This document shows positions 38,856 to 51,182 of a stretch of 64,000 bases of DNA, one piece after another (within the stretch, counting starts at the first letter, position 1; every line of letters starts with the position of its first letter). Made by a program: the position numbers and the translations under genes. Below the pieces are notes generated by a model. The model searched no databases and was not told the DNA's origin. It saw only the letters and a list, made by a program, of their open reading frames with translations. Origin of the DNA: Squalus acanthias (Eukaryota); the NCBI GenBank assembly GCA_030390025.1, contig JASTWF010000036.1:3846001-3910000 (forward strand), in the 5' to 3' direction.

Positions 38856-40901
38856 GTAAGTAGCCAGAGGGAGAGTTGCCTGGTATCTCCCTTATCCATC
38901 TTTATTCTTCCACCCCTCTTGTTTATTTAAAATTTTAGTTCTATTCAAGACTTCATTCTCTGCTTTCCATTTCTTATCTCTGCTCTCCTTGAAATCTTTC
39001 AACAACGGAAGTCGGGCACAACAGATGTTAGGACTGGATGCATTAAAACTGCCTAAACAATTAAACTCCCTTGAATACACTTGTGGTAAGTGAATAGTGT
39101 GGGAATATACTTAGTTCTTGGGTGGCCCAGTAACATGGAGATTGTGACGTTTCTTCACGTCCATGGCATCCTTGGATTTAAATCTCAACAATTTACATAA
39201 CTTGATTCTACCTACCAACGTTAAATAACTCCATCCATCTCAAAACAAGGCCTCCTGTCTGCGTGCAGCCGCACCTTGTATTTGGGCAGGATGTCTCTCA
39301 AGATTCACCGTCGACAAATGGATTTGATTCCCGGCGGCCGCAAGTTGCCTGGTTTGTGGGCCTCGAGGTACGATGCTGCCATCAGGAGTTTCATTAATAA
39401 CACTCAGCAGGTCCTGGGTTCAATTCCAGCGTGAGCCATCTTAAATAAAGGGTAGGGGGGCATGTACAGGTTTCTGTGAACGGCTTAGGCCAAATGGCTT
39501 CCCTCATCTGAGATTTTCCATGGTTGGCGCCACCGTTGTTCCCTAATTGGACAGATGTACAGTTGTAGCTGGCCAAACTGATCAGATCCTTCGAGCTACC
39601 AGTCTTGGCTATCTCATTTTCCTCAACCCCAGTCTCCATCTTGAATGGTCCAGTGGGTGACCTTCTCCGCTGCAGAGTTCCACAGTTCAATTAACCTTTG
39701 CTTTACCTTTCGCAAATTAATTTTTTTTTTTAATTTGCAATTGCCTTAAGCAATGTCTAGCCAGGCCCGATGTCACTATTGAAATACAATGCAGAAGAAA
39801 GGATCCCATAGACTGTTCAAGCTGCCCACATTCTGGCCCGCAAAACCCAGGCAACTCCGTTCTTTTTGGGTTTGTATTTCGTATTCATTGGTTTCTTCTG
39901 CATGTGACCTTGGAGGTTAGGAAAGGGCTGTTCTTAACGCTGTTGCCTTTTCAATCTTAAATCAGAACGGCAATTCGTATCGGCAGCTGGAGAGATCTGG
40001 GAATTAATGGGACCATGGGTTTATATTTTATATGTGGCTGCCACCAGACTCCATGTATTGCACCCAAGCAGCCCACAAAGGCAAAAAGCATAGACGTTTT
40101 AGCCGTAAACTTATATTTGTGAATTCTCTGGGGTTTCTTTTTCAGAGGGACATTCTAACCATTAGCAACAAATTTGTAACACGTTTTATAGCTCTGTGCT
40201 TCAGCATTCTGCATTTCATGCTTCATTTCATCGTCACAGACTCTCCCCCATTCCTCAGCGCTTTCAGTAACTAGATCTTTGAGTGTGAAGTGCTTCCAAA
40301 ATGCTCTCTAGCATCCAACTGTTGTTGATGTGTTGACGTTCCGCATTTTCAAATTTTTCCGTGATGAAACTCCCCCCTTTTTTTTTTGTGCGTTGGAAAT
40401 GACCGTCGGGCTCTGGGAAGAACTCGTCTCTTCTCGGCGGGTGTGGGTTGACCGGCACCCGCGCATTCTGCGGAAATCTCGCCTGCTTTGAACTGGCTCT
40501 GACCAGAGCAGGTAGTTGTCATGGTTTCGCTCTTGCGCATGACCACCGTTGCTGGTGAGGAGCAGCACAGCACCGTTGGTTTCGCACGTGGTAAACCCTT
40601 GCTGTCCTTCACGCAACTTGTGCTTGCTCTGACGAAAACGGTGTCCGTAGGTTAAAGGGAGAAAACTCACGATTCTCGAACAATGTGCAGATCTTCAAGA
40701 AAAAAAAAGTCAATGCCTAGCTTGCAAAGCTCCTTAATCCTCATTTAAACATTCAGCAACAGACATTTTAGGCAACGTGTACTTTTTTGTTGATAATATG
40801 ACGGAAATAGGTGCAAGGGCGATCCTGTACTCGAAGGGGCTACGTGTTAATAAATGTGGATGGGGGTGATCAAAAGACATTTTTATCCCATTGTGACCTA
40901 G

Positions 40902-41054
40902 GTTTGACTTTGACCTTGTGGAGAATGGTGATGATGGTGCACTCGACAAGTCGAAACCCTGGGGCAGGTCTATCGAAGATCTGCACCAGAGCAATGTCCT
41001 GCCCCTGGCTTTCAGCAACAGCCTCTCTCGCTCTGCCAGGCAATCTATCCTACG
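40902..41054 (+). CDS. FMNL3: FMNL3 exon 6 ([51 protein letters not shown])
   Basis: gtgacctag acceptor, 153 nt, gtatgt donor, symmetric phase 2/2; RSIEDL motif. Confidence 0.93.
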
Positions 41055-41159
41055 GTATGTACTGCTCCGCTTCTAACTGACACTAAGGGATGCAATGAGT
41101 ACTTGGCCTCGCCCACAGAGAGATCAGGACTATACAGAAAAGGTCCCTGTTGAAAGTTC

Positions 41160-41490
41160 ATCATCACCTCTGGTACCTGGGTTCAAATCCAGGCCGGACT
41201 GATGAGATGGTGTCTTCTCTGTAAATGAGTTTGGGCTGTCTCAATCCAGGTCCTAGGGAACATGGGCCCACAGCGCAAAATTCTCCCTAATTGCCAATTT
41301 CTAAGGGCCAAATGGAAATGGGGAAAAAACTCTCACTGGTGCAGTAGGAGACGCTCATCTGAGGTTGGGATTGAGGCCTAGTGTTGGGGCAGAGTTAGAA
41401 GGAGCTTTACTCTGCATCTGCCTGTGATGCATCTGACTTGGGAGAACTTGATGGGGATACTGGGCGCCTCAAATGGGGAAAAAATGTTCC
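41160..41490 (+). mobile_element. LF-SINE-like element
   Basis: colinear blocks tcacctctggtacctgggttcaaatccag, aaatgagtttgg...tctcaatccaggtcctag...ccacagcgcaaaa and gggattgaggc resemble the LF-SINE consensus as recalled. Confidence 0.6.
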
Positions 41491-41954
41491 ATTCCCTTAC
41501 CTTGCGCACAAAAATTTGAAATATTTAAAAAGAAAGAGACCAGCCCTTGTAATCAGTCCAACCATTTGCACATCACCCATAAGTTGCATTTTTTTATTAA
41601 CGCTCATGACTCGTGCAAGAAATTAGTCTCAATCACCTGTCTGCAAAGACCACCTAAAGGTGAACATTCCACAGTCCTTTTACGTTCACTATTTGAGCCG
41701 AGGCTCTTCTTTCATTCATTATCTTTGCGGCATTCAATAATCCTGTCCTGGCCCTGGTTTTATTGCTCCTGGTTGGCACGGGGGAAAGATTTAGCACAAA
41801 CATCTGGAGCCCACATGGGCACTTTGTGCAGCAGATGTGCATTCAGTAGGGGTACGCCCATAATTCTCGCTGTCAGCGGCACTTCTATCGGAGAGCTGTG
41901 TGACAAATTAAAGCAAGCTTTTTTTCCCCCAACATTCTGGACTGTTAGGCAGTG

Positions 41955-42269
41955 AAAGAAAGACTTGCATTTCTATAGCGCCTGTCACGACCACCGGATG
42001 TCTCAAAGCGCTTTACAGCCAATGAAGTACTTTTGAAGTGTAGTCACTGTTGTAATGTGGGAAACGGGGCAGCCAATTTGCGCACAGCAAGCTCCCACAA
42101 ACAGCAATGTGATAATGACCAGATCATCTGTTTTAGTGATGTTGGTTGAGGGATAAATATTGGCCAGGACACCGGGGATAACTCCCCTGCTCTTCTTCGA
42201 GATAGTACCATGGGAACTTTTACCTGACTGAGCAGACCGGGCCTCGGTTTAACGTCTCATCCGAAAGAC
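41955..42269 (-). mobile_element. SacSINE1-like DeuSINE, 5'-truncated
   Basis: tail and part of the Deu block. Confidence 0.85.
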
Positions 42270-42721
42270 TGCCAACCAGGAGCAATAAAACCAGGGCCAG
42301 GACAGGATTGATGAATGAATGAAGTAAAATAAACGCGCTAACTGTACAAATGCAGTGAGAGATCTGGCTGCAAATGCTGCTCTCCCTGAAGAATGAACGA
42401 ACGTACAGTCCCGTGTGTATAGATTCTGTGGTGCCAAGTGCTGCATGCAGCCCAGTCCTCATTTTGATTGGCCTTTTCAGTATCAAGGGCAGCCCTTTTC
42501 ATGGACACAATTGACTTTCCTGCTGTCCTGAAGGAGGTATGGTTCTAAGGACCCCTCAAGACCTCAGTCAAGTGGCCGTTTTTCATGTGAAAACGAGACC
42601 GTGATTGCCAACAGGCTATTTGACCACGAGGGCTATCTTCGCTGACGCTGCTGGCTACACTTAAACCTTACCAACAACAGTCACTGGATCGTGATCGGGA
42701 GTGCGAATGAAGACTTCTGTT

Positions 42722-43099
42722 TAGGGTTACCAACTCTGGTTGGACGTGTTCCTGGAGGTTTCATCACATGACCTCCAACTGCCCCGCCCCCACACTCCCG
42801 CCATAGGTTGCCCGACATGACCATCCTCGCCACTCAGCGCCTTCACGCGCCAATTGGATAGCGAAGAGGCTCTTCATTACCTGATTGACAGTCAAGAATC
42901 ATCCAGTCAAACCGCCTTCTTTTCCCATTTCCAATATTTTTATAACTAATAAACAAGTGTTCCAAGAAAATGGGGGAAAAAAGCCACTTTTTTTAATGCC
43001 CCTATGATTTTTCTCCCAGATTGCATTGCAGCAGTGTCCTGGAGATTAATCTTCAATCCCTGGAGACTCCAGGGCAATCCTGGAGAGTTGGCAACCCTA
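42722..43099. mobile_element. hAT (Blackjack-like) MITE, complete
   Basis: tagggttaccaac ... gttggcaacccta; degenerate 8-bp TSD cttctgtt/tttctgtg. Confidence 0.75.
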
Positions 43100-45734
43100 T
43101 TTCTGTGCCACTAAGACTAATAGCACTGGGCTGTGCACTGGGGTGGGGGGGGAGGCGCGTCGTGAGGATAGGCGTGTCGGGCGACCAATGGCGTGAGTGT
43201 GGGGGGGGGGGGCAGTTGGAGGCGGGAGGTCATGTGACGAAACCTCCAGGAATACGTCCAACCCGAGTTGGCAACTGTAAAGCGAAGACCGAAATCACCA
43301 TTCCCACTCCCGATCCCCACTATTTGTTGCGCTTTTTTAACAAAAAAGTATGCTTGCAGTACTAATCTGAACTCAAAGGTCAGGGAACATTAATGAAATG
43401 CTTGCACTTCAGATTACAGCAGAATAACTCACTCCATACTCTCCGTCATTCTGCACTTAATCCTGAATCTAGCAAAAGCTTCTATTTAAAAAAAAAATAA
43501 TCTTGAGTTTGATTGCTAAAAGTGGCAATGTTCCTTTAAAACTGGCTTTAATGTATATTTATGTGTGTGTGGGTATCTGTATGGTATGTGTTTATATAAA
43601 ATCTGTCAAATCTGAAGACAAATTGGACTGCATCGCAGTTTTTCTGTGCGAGAGTTTATGTGTAAAGGTTTCATCACCTCCCCGAGTTATTCGGTTAAAG
43701 CCATTTGGCTTCCAGTTTGACAGATTGTTTAAAGGGACAGTGCCATGCCAGTGATCAGTCATGAAGACAAGAGTAGCAGACGAGGCCTATTTGAACCTTG
43801 CCACGACAAAGGTGGTGGGAGTGGCCTTGAGTTGAACCATTGCATCCCCGGAGTCTCAGCTTTACAATGTGCTGATAACTTGCCTATTGCCTGCTGTTTG
43901 TGCTGCTCAAGTTTTACGCCAAATGCTGCAGTTCACCGAATGAGGTCCCAGTGATCCGTCTAGCGGATCAGTTAGGAGTCGTGTATCGCAGTTGCATTGA
44001 GACTGGGGTTCTTGATGGCCACAAGCCAAGTTACCAAATGTTTCCATGTTTAATTTGTAGGATTGTTTTTTTCCCCTCTCTTGTAGGTTCATCGCCGGGT
44101 TTTTTTTTCTTTGTTGCAATATTTCTAATTCCGATTTCCCTGGCAATGTGGCTTTTTATTGCATTGATTTGTTGCGCCTTGGGGAAGAGAGACATCAATC
44201 TCCCCAGGGGCTGCCGGGGAGTGGGGGGCAAGGTGTTAACTAGAAGTGAGAAGAGCTGTCAGGGTGAACCAACCCATATTACACTCGCACTGCCCATACC
44301 TCCAGGCTCTGGGAGAAACTAACAGAAACAGATGTTTCCGCTTGGTTGGAGAGTGGAAAAGGAGAGTCATTGAATAAATAGAGGAAGAAGAGGATTATAA
44401 TTTAGAGGGGGATCCAGTAGCTCTCAACTCTCAGCAGTTGACTCTTAGCAGAATACCTCCAGTTTAAAGTCCTGACTTAGCCATTAAGTTTCCTCCTCCA
44501 CCCCAGCAAGGGGGTAATGAAGTCCTGACCATGGATTTCTTCATTGTCCATGTTCGTACCCCGCGAGATCTGCTGGTGTGAGCTGCTCTTCGGAGCATGG
44601 GGCTGGTGCTGTCAGTTCCACCTTCCTGTCTACCCAACTCCAGCCCCCTCGTGCTTGGGATGCTTCTGAGTACTGCCAATATTCATATCCACCCATTCAT
44701 GGAAGCCAAGTTGGAATGGCAATCGAGGCCCTGAGTTGAACCAGAGTTCCTGACAAATCTTTTACAAACCAATCCATTATTTGACATCTAACTAGTTTGT
44801 GTGTATGTATTATATATATTTCCTGTGATGCAATGGAGCTGTAACTGGAGCAGAAATCTGTGCTTGGTTTAAAATATGAAGAGTCTGGCTATCTTCAGTG
44901 CAAATGACATAAATAGCAGTGACAGCTATCCAGCATAATCTTTGATTTATAATCGGAGATATATGCAGTGCAGTAGGTGGGATGCGTAGCTTCTGCTAGA
45001 CCTCTCGAGTCCTGTTCCATACAGCTGGCCCCAGCTATTTTCAGTTGATCTGCAAAGGCATTCAGCATCATGTACAGGCAGTCCACTGTCGAGTGCCTAT
45101 CTTGATTGGGCTTTAGTCAGTTAGGAAGTACAGCTTATTGTTTTCCCTGGAATTCCTCAATTGCGTTCATCCCCAAGTGTGTCCAATGGCCGTGTTCTCA
45201 AATGAACCGCTGTTTGGTGAAAGAAGGTGGATCTCCAACGGCTGTATCAGTTCCAGTGGGAACTTTGTGAAATTTATATTCGTGACTTTGGTTTGCGAGA
45301 TTATGACACTAAATAACATGGGACAACAATGGTGGGTTATTTATGACCCGTCTGTTTTATGCAACATGGGTTTTCATTTCCTGTTCTTTCCATAGTGGTT
45401 TCCTTCCAACATGTGGTCACATTTTAGATGCTCTGGTGGTGTAGCGAGGGAGCATATTGATGGATTAAAGCACTGGCCCATTGACTGATGGACTATGGGT
45501 GGTTCTTCTCCCCTTCCCCTTGATCACATGGCAAGTGTTCAGGTCTCATTCTTCATCATCATCTTAATTTGGCATCCTTCACTGTAGAAGTACATAACTT
45601 TATGGGTTTGGGGGACATCAAGTGCTGTCAAGTCTTATTAACTAGTTCGGAGCCTGGTTGCTAGATGGAGCAATGAAGAGGAAAGCTTCCATTAAAGAAA
45701 ACTTAAAAAGAAACAGCTTCCAGTCCATCTTATT

Positions 45735-46025
45735 GGAGCACCTCCCAAACCAGTGACCTCCACCACCTAGAAGGATAAGGGAGAGCATATGCATGGGAAC
45801 ACCATCACCTCCAAGTTACACACCATCCTGATTTGGACATAGATCGCCCGTTCTTTCATCGTCGCTGGGTCAAAATCCTGGAACTCCCTCCCGAACAGCA
45901 CTGTGGGAGCACCTTCACCTCACGGACTGCAGTGGTTCAAGAAGGCGGCTCACCACCACCTTCTGAACGAGGGATGGGCAATAAATGCTGGCCTTGCCAG
46001 CGACGCCCACATCCCAAGAATTAAT
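45735..46025 (+). mobile_element. LINE 3' end (same family as 38560-38742)
   Basis: gggtcaaaatcctggaactccctcc...ggatgggcaataaatgctggccttgccagcgacgcccacatccc. Confidence 0.75.
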
Positions 46026-46240
46026 TTAAAAAAATTTGGAGAGCCATCGTCATCGGAGACCAGGAGTCGTCTTGGCTGAAGACTAAATGTGGCAGTGGGA
46101 CTTTTCTTTGGGGGTGGAGAGAGGAAAAGAAACTAGTAAGCAAAAAAAATAGACACAGAATGACATTCCCTACTGTAAGCACCGGCCAGATGCAGGTTAG
46201 GTAATCAAATAGGTCACTCAGCCCTGCTAATAAAAATGTC

Positions 46241-46331
46241 CTTCACCTGAGGAAGGAGCAATCGATAGCTCCGAAAGCTTGTGATTTCAAATAAAACTGT
46301 TGGACTATAACCTGGTGTTGTGCGACCTCTC
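46241..46331 (+). mobile_element. 91-bp Penelope-like element terminal insert with minimal hammerhead ribozyme
   Basis: 12-bp TSD aataaaaatgtc (46229-46240 and 46332-46343); same family as 16230-16320. Confidence 0.8.
46243..46284 (+). ncRNA. Putative minimal type I hammerhead ribozyme motif
   Basis: stem I tcac/gtga; CUGAGGA; extra A; stem II ggagc/gctcc; GAAA; palindromic AGCU in place of stem III; predicted cleavage after U46280. Confidence 0.6.
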
Positions 46332-47419
46332 AATAAAAATGTCAGCAGTTTGCTCACCAACAAACACTTCAATGCTCTGAGCTGTGTGGTGTTATCCAGT
46401 TGGTAATTCATTCATTAAAATAGTCTAGGAAGGGACACTGCTGGTTCTCCTTTCTGAAGTGTATTTTGGTAGGGTGACGTAACCATGTTTGACTCGTGCT
46501 TTCCCACTGAGTTTTAGCTGACTTGCAAAAAGGTACCTTTCACACTGCATTTAAGCCAATGCAGCAGATTTACACTCTGAAAGCTCCAAGACGACTCGAC
46601 ACTTGCAAACACAGAGCCTTCTGCAACAAGAAGGCTGTGGCAGATGACCTGAGGGCATCATTCACCCTTGCTTCTGCAGAGACTCCCAAACACCACCTCC
46701 ATCCTCATTTGGATTGTTGTCATTTCTTTGCAAAGCAACTTGTTGCTCTCTTGTTGAAAGAAATGTCTTCAGGCCTCCTTTGTGACTCCCTTAAAGCCTC
46801 TTGTGTCTGAGTGTTTCCATTTCCTCTTTCAGTGCACATACCTGTACCTGACGGGAAAACCACAAAAACCGCTGTGAACAAGAAAAGGCTCATTCTGTGG
46901 TTCACGGACCGTTGCCTTTTTTTACAAGAAATGTTGCTTATCTCCGTTTCAGGATCTAGGTTCTATTTCGTTTTACGCATTAGCCCAATGTGAGCGACAA
47001 TTACACGGCAAGAATTTTAGAATGCAGCCGCATAGAATGTTGGGTTCTCTTTCATGTGTGTAAAATGAAGCCTCAAATTGTCTCGAACACAGCCGACCAT
47101 GTAATATTGAGGCAATTTCCATTAATCTAATTTGAGTGTCGGCTAATCCTATTTACTGCTTGGTTTGAATCTCGCTAAACCAGCTGAATCTCTGCTTCTT
47201 CTGCTAAAAGAGCTCTTGACCCAATTCCAATAGGCCTTCACCTTCTCCACTCATTCAATGCATATACGTCTTCGAGAAATTAATCTTGTAATTTATCAGT
47301 ATGTGGGGTGTTGCCTTCTTGCAGTGCTTGTGACTTGAGAATGATGAGGGATGTGTTTTAAGCTTTTTCCTCCAATTTTCTCCTCTTCTCCTGCGGGTTA
47401 GTGCTCCACAGGCTCTGGG

Positions 47420-47705
47420 ATGCTCTCCTTAAAATCCCCAATTTCCTTCATCCCTCCATTGGTGGCCGTGCCTTCAGCTGCCTGGGCCCAAAGCTCTGGA
47501 ATTCCCTCCCTAAACCTCTCCACCTCTCTTTTCCTCCTTTTAAGACGCTCCTTAAAACCTACTTCTTTGACCAAGCTTTTGGTCACCAACCTAATATCTC
47601 CTTATGTGGCTCGGTGTCAAATTTTGTTTGATAACACTTCCGTGAAGCGCCTTGGGACGTTTTACTACATAAAAGGAGCTATATAAATACAAGTTGTTGT
47701 TGTTT
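47420..47705 (+). mobile_element. L2-clade LINE 3' fragment
   Basis: IGGRAFSCLGPKLWNSLPK; gttgttgttg tail. Confidence 0.8.
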
Positions 47706-47936
47706 ACCTGACCCAAGCGGCCATTCTTCACGCGTGAGCCTCGACAGCAAGTGTTGGAGAGCTGTTTTAGCGTGGATACCTTTAATACAGCTTCTCCAGC
47801 CATCCAGGATGCCAGAGGAATGGGCATCGGTTCCTCTTATCACCAACTTCTCCGGGTCTTGGCACTGGCTGCCCTGTTACGGTGGGTATACAACCGGTCC
47901 AGTGATGATTGTAGTAACGTTGAGTTTTTTCCACAG

Positions 47937-48045
47937 CTACAACACTTTACCTGACAGGAAACTTCTGAAGAATTCCAGACTCGTGAGCCAGAAGGACGAT
48001 GTCCACGTCTGTATCATGTGCTTGCGGGCGGTCATGAACTACCAG
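47937..48045 (+). CDS. FMNL3: FMNL3 exon 7 ([36 protein letters not shown])
   Basis: ttttttccacag acceptor, 109 nt, gtacgg donor. Confidence 0.95.
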
Positions 48046-48286
48046 GTACGGCCAACTTAAACTGGGACTCCTTGAAACTTCCAATTAATTGAAGGAAGAC
48101 ATTCCCTCCAAGTGACGACTTCATAAGAGCCTGTTCCCCCATCTGCGCTTTATATCATTGTGATTGACACGCTAGTCCATTGGCTAATGCTACTCCATTT
48201 ACACAATAGGGTTCATTCATTTTCTGGGATCTGCTTTTATTAACGATGTGCTGATGTCCCCTACCATTCTCCCTTCTCTTTTTCAG

Positions 48287-48363
48287 TATGGCTTCAATTT
48301 AGTCATGTCGCACCCACATGCTGTGAATGAAATCGCACTTAGCCTGAACAACAAAAATCCCAG
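48287..48363 (+). CDS. FMNL3: FMNL3 exon 8 ([26 protein letters not shown])
   Basis: ctctttttcag acceptor, 77 nt, gtaaga donor. Confidence 0.95.
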
Positions 48364-48744
48364 GTAAGAAACCAGCATCTTGTCTTCTTGTTTGTCCAAA
48401 GTCATCGGGAATCAATTCATTTCAGGTCAACAAATTTGTCACCTTTTTTTTGCCATCTGTTTCTCCCGCGTTCCTTGGAAGGTGCCGATTCACGCTGGGG
48501 TTAAGAGAGTGGAACATAGGAACCGGAGGAGGCCACTCAGCCCGTTCCACCATTCAATTAGATCATGGCCGATCTGGGTATCGGCAGGCTGCTGGATGGC
48601 CAGTTGTTAAAAGTGACATGGTTGGTTCGTCATGAAGAGATCCTTGGGCCTAACCATCCTGCCATTCCAGCTGAAGGGGAAAGCCTGGCAGTAATTTTCC
48701 GATTGCACGCTAGTGATGAGGAGCCTCGCCCGCGATGTTCTAAT

Positions 48745-49214
48745 GTGTCAGCTGGGGCTCAGTGGGCAGCACTCTCGCCTCTGAGTCAGAAGGTTGTGGG
48801 TTCAAGTCCCACTCCAGGGACTTGAGCACATATAGCTAGGCTGACACTCCAGTGCAGTGCTGAGGGAGTGCTGCACTGTCGGAGGGGCCGTTTTTCAGAT
48901 GAGACGTTAAACCGAGGCCCCATCTGCCCTCTCAGGTGGACGTAAAAGATCCCGTGGCACTATTTCGAAGAAGAGTAGGGGATTTATCCCCAGTGTCCTG
49001 GCCAATATTTATCCCTCAACCAACATCACTAAAACAGATGATCTGGTCATTATCACATTGCTGTTTGTGGGAGCTTGCTGTGCGCAAACTGGCTGCCGCG
49101 TTTCCCACATTACAACAGTGACTATACTTCAAAAGTACTTCATTGGCTGTAAAGCGCTTTGAGACGTCCGGTGGTCGTGAAAGGCGCTCTAGAAATGCAA
49201 GTCTTTCTTTCTTT
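48745..49214 (+). mobile_element. SacSINE1-like DeuSINE, full length
   Basis: head, Deu block, tail and (cttt)n end. Confidence 0.87.
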
Positions 49215-49681
49215 AATGGACAATGGCAGCAGGCGAGGTTCCCTGTCACTGGCACATAGGCAGAAAAATTGCCCACACCTCCCCCTTCCCCCCCAAACAC
49301 AAAATGTAATCTCTTTCTTTCAAACCGTAAAATCTTCCATTCTGATTCTGACTGCAACTATATCAGAAAATAACATCTTGGGATACAGTCTGAGTAATTT
49401 GAGACATGACGTGTGGTGAGTGTAGCGTGTTTGGGAGGAACAGGTGACTTTGGACCTGTGGGTCCCAAAGCTCTCCACCACTGGGGTTTTCCTCAGCTCA
49501 TGTCTGGGTCTGGTGTAAACTCATTGATCGAGATTGATTGCTGTGATTAGTCAAGAATACCATATCGTTGGATCATGCGACCACCAGGATGGTAGAAGGC
49601 GAACTAGATGGACCGTGGTCTTTTTTAGTCTGGCAATTCCTAAGTCCCTAATAGTGAATAAATGCCCTCTTTATTTCGCAG

Positions 49682-49775
49682 AACCAAAGCCCTGGTACTG
49701 GAGCTATTAGCGGCAGTCTGTCTTGTGAGAGGAGGACATGAAATCATCCTATCTGCGTTTGACCACTTCAAAGAG
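49682..49775 (+). CDS. FMNL3: FMNL3 exon 9 ([31 protein letters not shown])
   Basis: ttatttcgcag acceptor, 94 nt, gtaaga donor. Confidence 0.95.
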
Positions 49776-50460
49776 GTAAGAGAGCTTTTAGTTCAGTCCT
49801 GCTGGTAAGGAACTTTCAACATCCCGATGGTGACTTTTGAGCGCGTGCATGTGTGTGGGCGGAGGGGAGAGCTATCTTTGGGCTCTTAGATCATTGCAAC
49901 TGTTGCTCATCTGACTTCCCCTTTCCCGAAGAGAGGGTGGGATATCGCGAGCTGGGTGTTTCTTTGTGGCTGCTGCCTGCCAGTGGTGTTGCTTGTCGGA
50001 GGTCGCCTTCTCCAGGGTGAGCAAGGTCCTGCTGCTGTCTGGGGTTGCCCTGGCCAACTGCCTGACGAAGGAAGCTTGTCCTTTGTCCGGTGGGAATGAG
50101 CCACCGCTCGGCTCGTGGCAAACCTCACCCTTCACATTGGGGAGTTGCGTCTGGCGGAAGTAGCTCCGTGATATGAGGGGGTGGCTGCTGGAGTTCTGAG
50201 CATTGGAATCTGACTCACCCACAGCTGCCTTCAAGTCACCTTAGGGAGGCCTCAATTCTGGCCAAGGACTTTGCCCAATGTTGAGGAAAGGCCCGTACAA
50301 ACGTGGAACTTGCAATGGCGGCCTGGATGGGTGGGCTGTATCTGGTGATCATTTACATTGGCCACCAGTTGGGTTTTCCCTCCAAAGGCAGGAGATGAAA
50401 GCACCTCATCAGGTAGCAGAGTCTGTGCGTGTGGAGCCATGTATGCGGCGACACACACCT

Positions 50461-51182
50461 GGGGAGAAAAATTTGGTTGCTTTGCGCCCCGTTAGCGCGC
50501 TAACGGGGCGCAAAGCAACTAGAACCTGGGCGCGGCTCAGCTAACGCCTCCCGCGAAATTCAGCGGGAGGTTAGCGGCGGCGGTAGCCAGTAGCGCCTCG
50601 TGGTGCTGCGCCTCTGCCAATGACGTCATCGCCGTGCGCAGCACCCCGCTCGCGCCCCGGCTGCAAACTTGGCTCACGCCCCCTGACCTACCGCCGGACG
50701 CTCTGTCCTACAGGGTCGGGGGCGTTTTTGCAGCCGGGGCGGCAATAATTAAAGGGCAGGTGCCGGGCGGCTATTTTTTATTTTGGGCCACCTACCAGTA
50801 CTTGCTCCTTCCGCAGGGCACTGGCCGCGATTGGTCAGCTCCTCTTGAGTGCCGGGCTCTTTTCCTGGCACCCCGCTCCCTGGTGGTCCAGCAGGGCCCC
50901 GGTGCACGCAGCGCTGGGCCCCTCCTCTTTAATCAGGGGAGGGAGGCCTGCAGTACCGTGGCGCTATGTGCTGATGCGTGTGGCGCTGCTGCACGTAGCG
51001 CTGCGATATTCACTTGTAGCGCCCCAAGAGGGAGGGGGAGCGCTTACAGTAGCGCCCCGCCTCCTGCTTGGGGCGCTACCATTGAATTTCGGGCGCGGGG
51101 GCGCTAACTTTTTCAGGGCACTAAAAGTAGCGCCCTGGTGAAGTTATCACCCCAAAGGGGGCGCGAGCCAATTTCCCCCCCC
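50461..51182. mobile_element. PIF/Harbinger-like CpG-rich MITE (related to 6401-7286)
   Basis: ggggagaaaaatttggttgc...gcgccccgttagcgc start; ...gccaatttcccccc end. Confidence 0.7.

Noticed and set aside
48745..48830. tRNA gene-like sequence with A and B boxes (also at other SINE heads)
   Set aside because: Continues directly into SINE body and tail; no complete tRNA cloverleaf.
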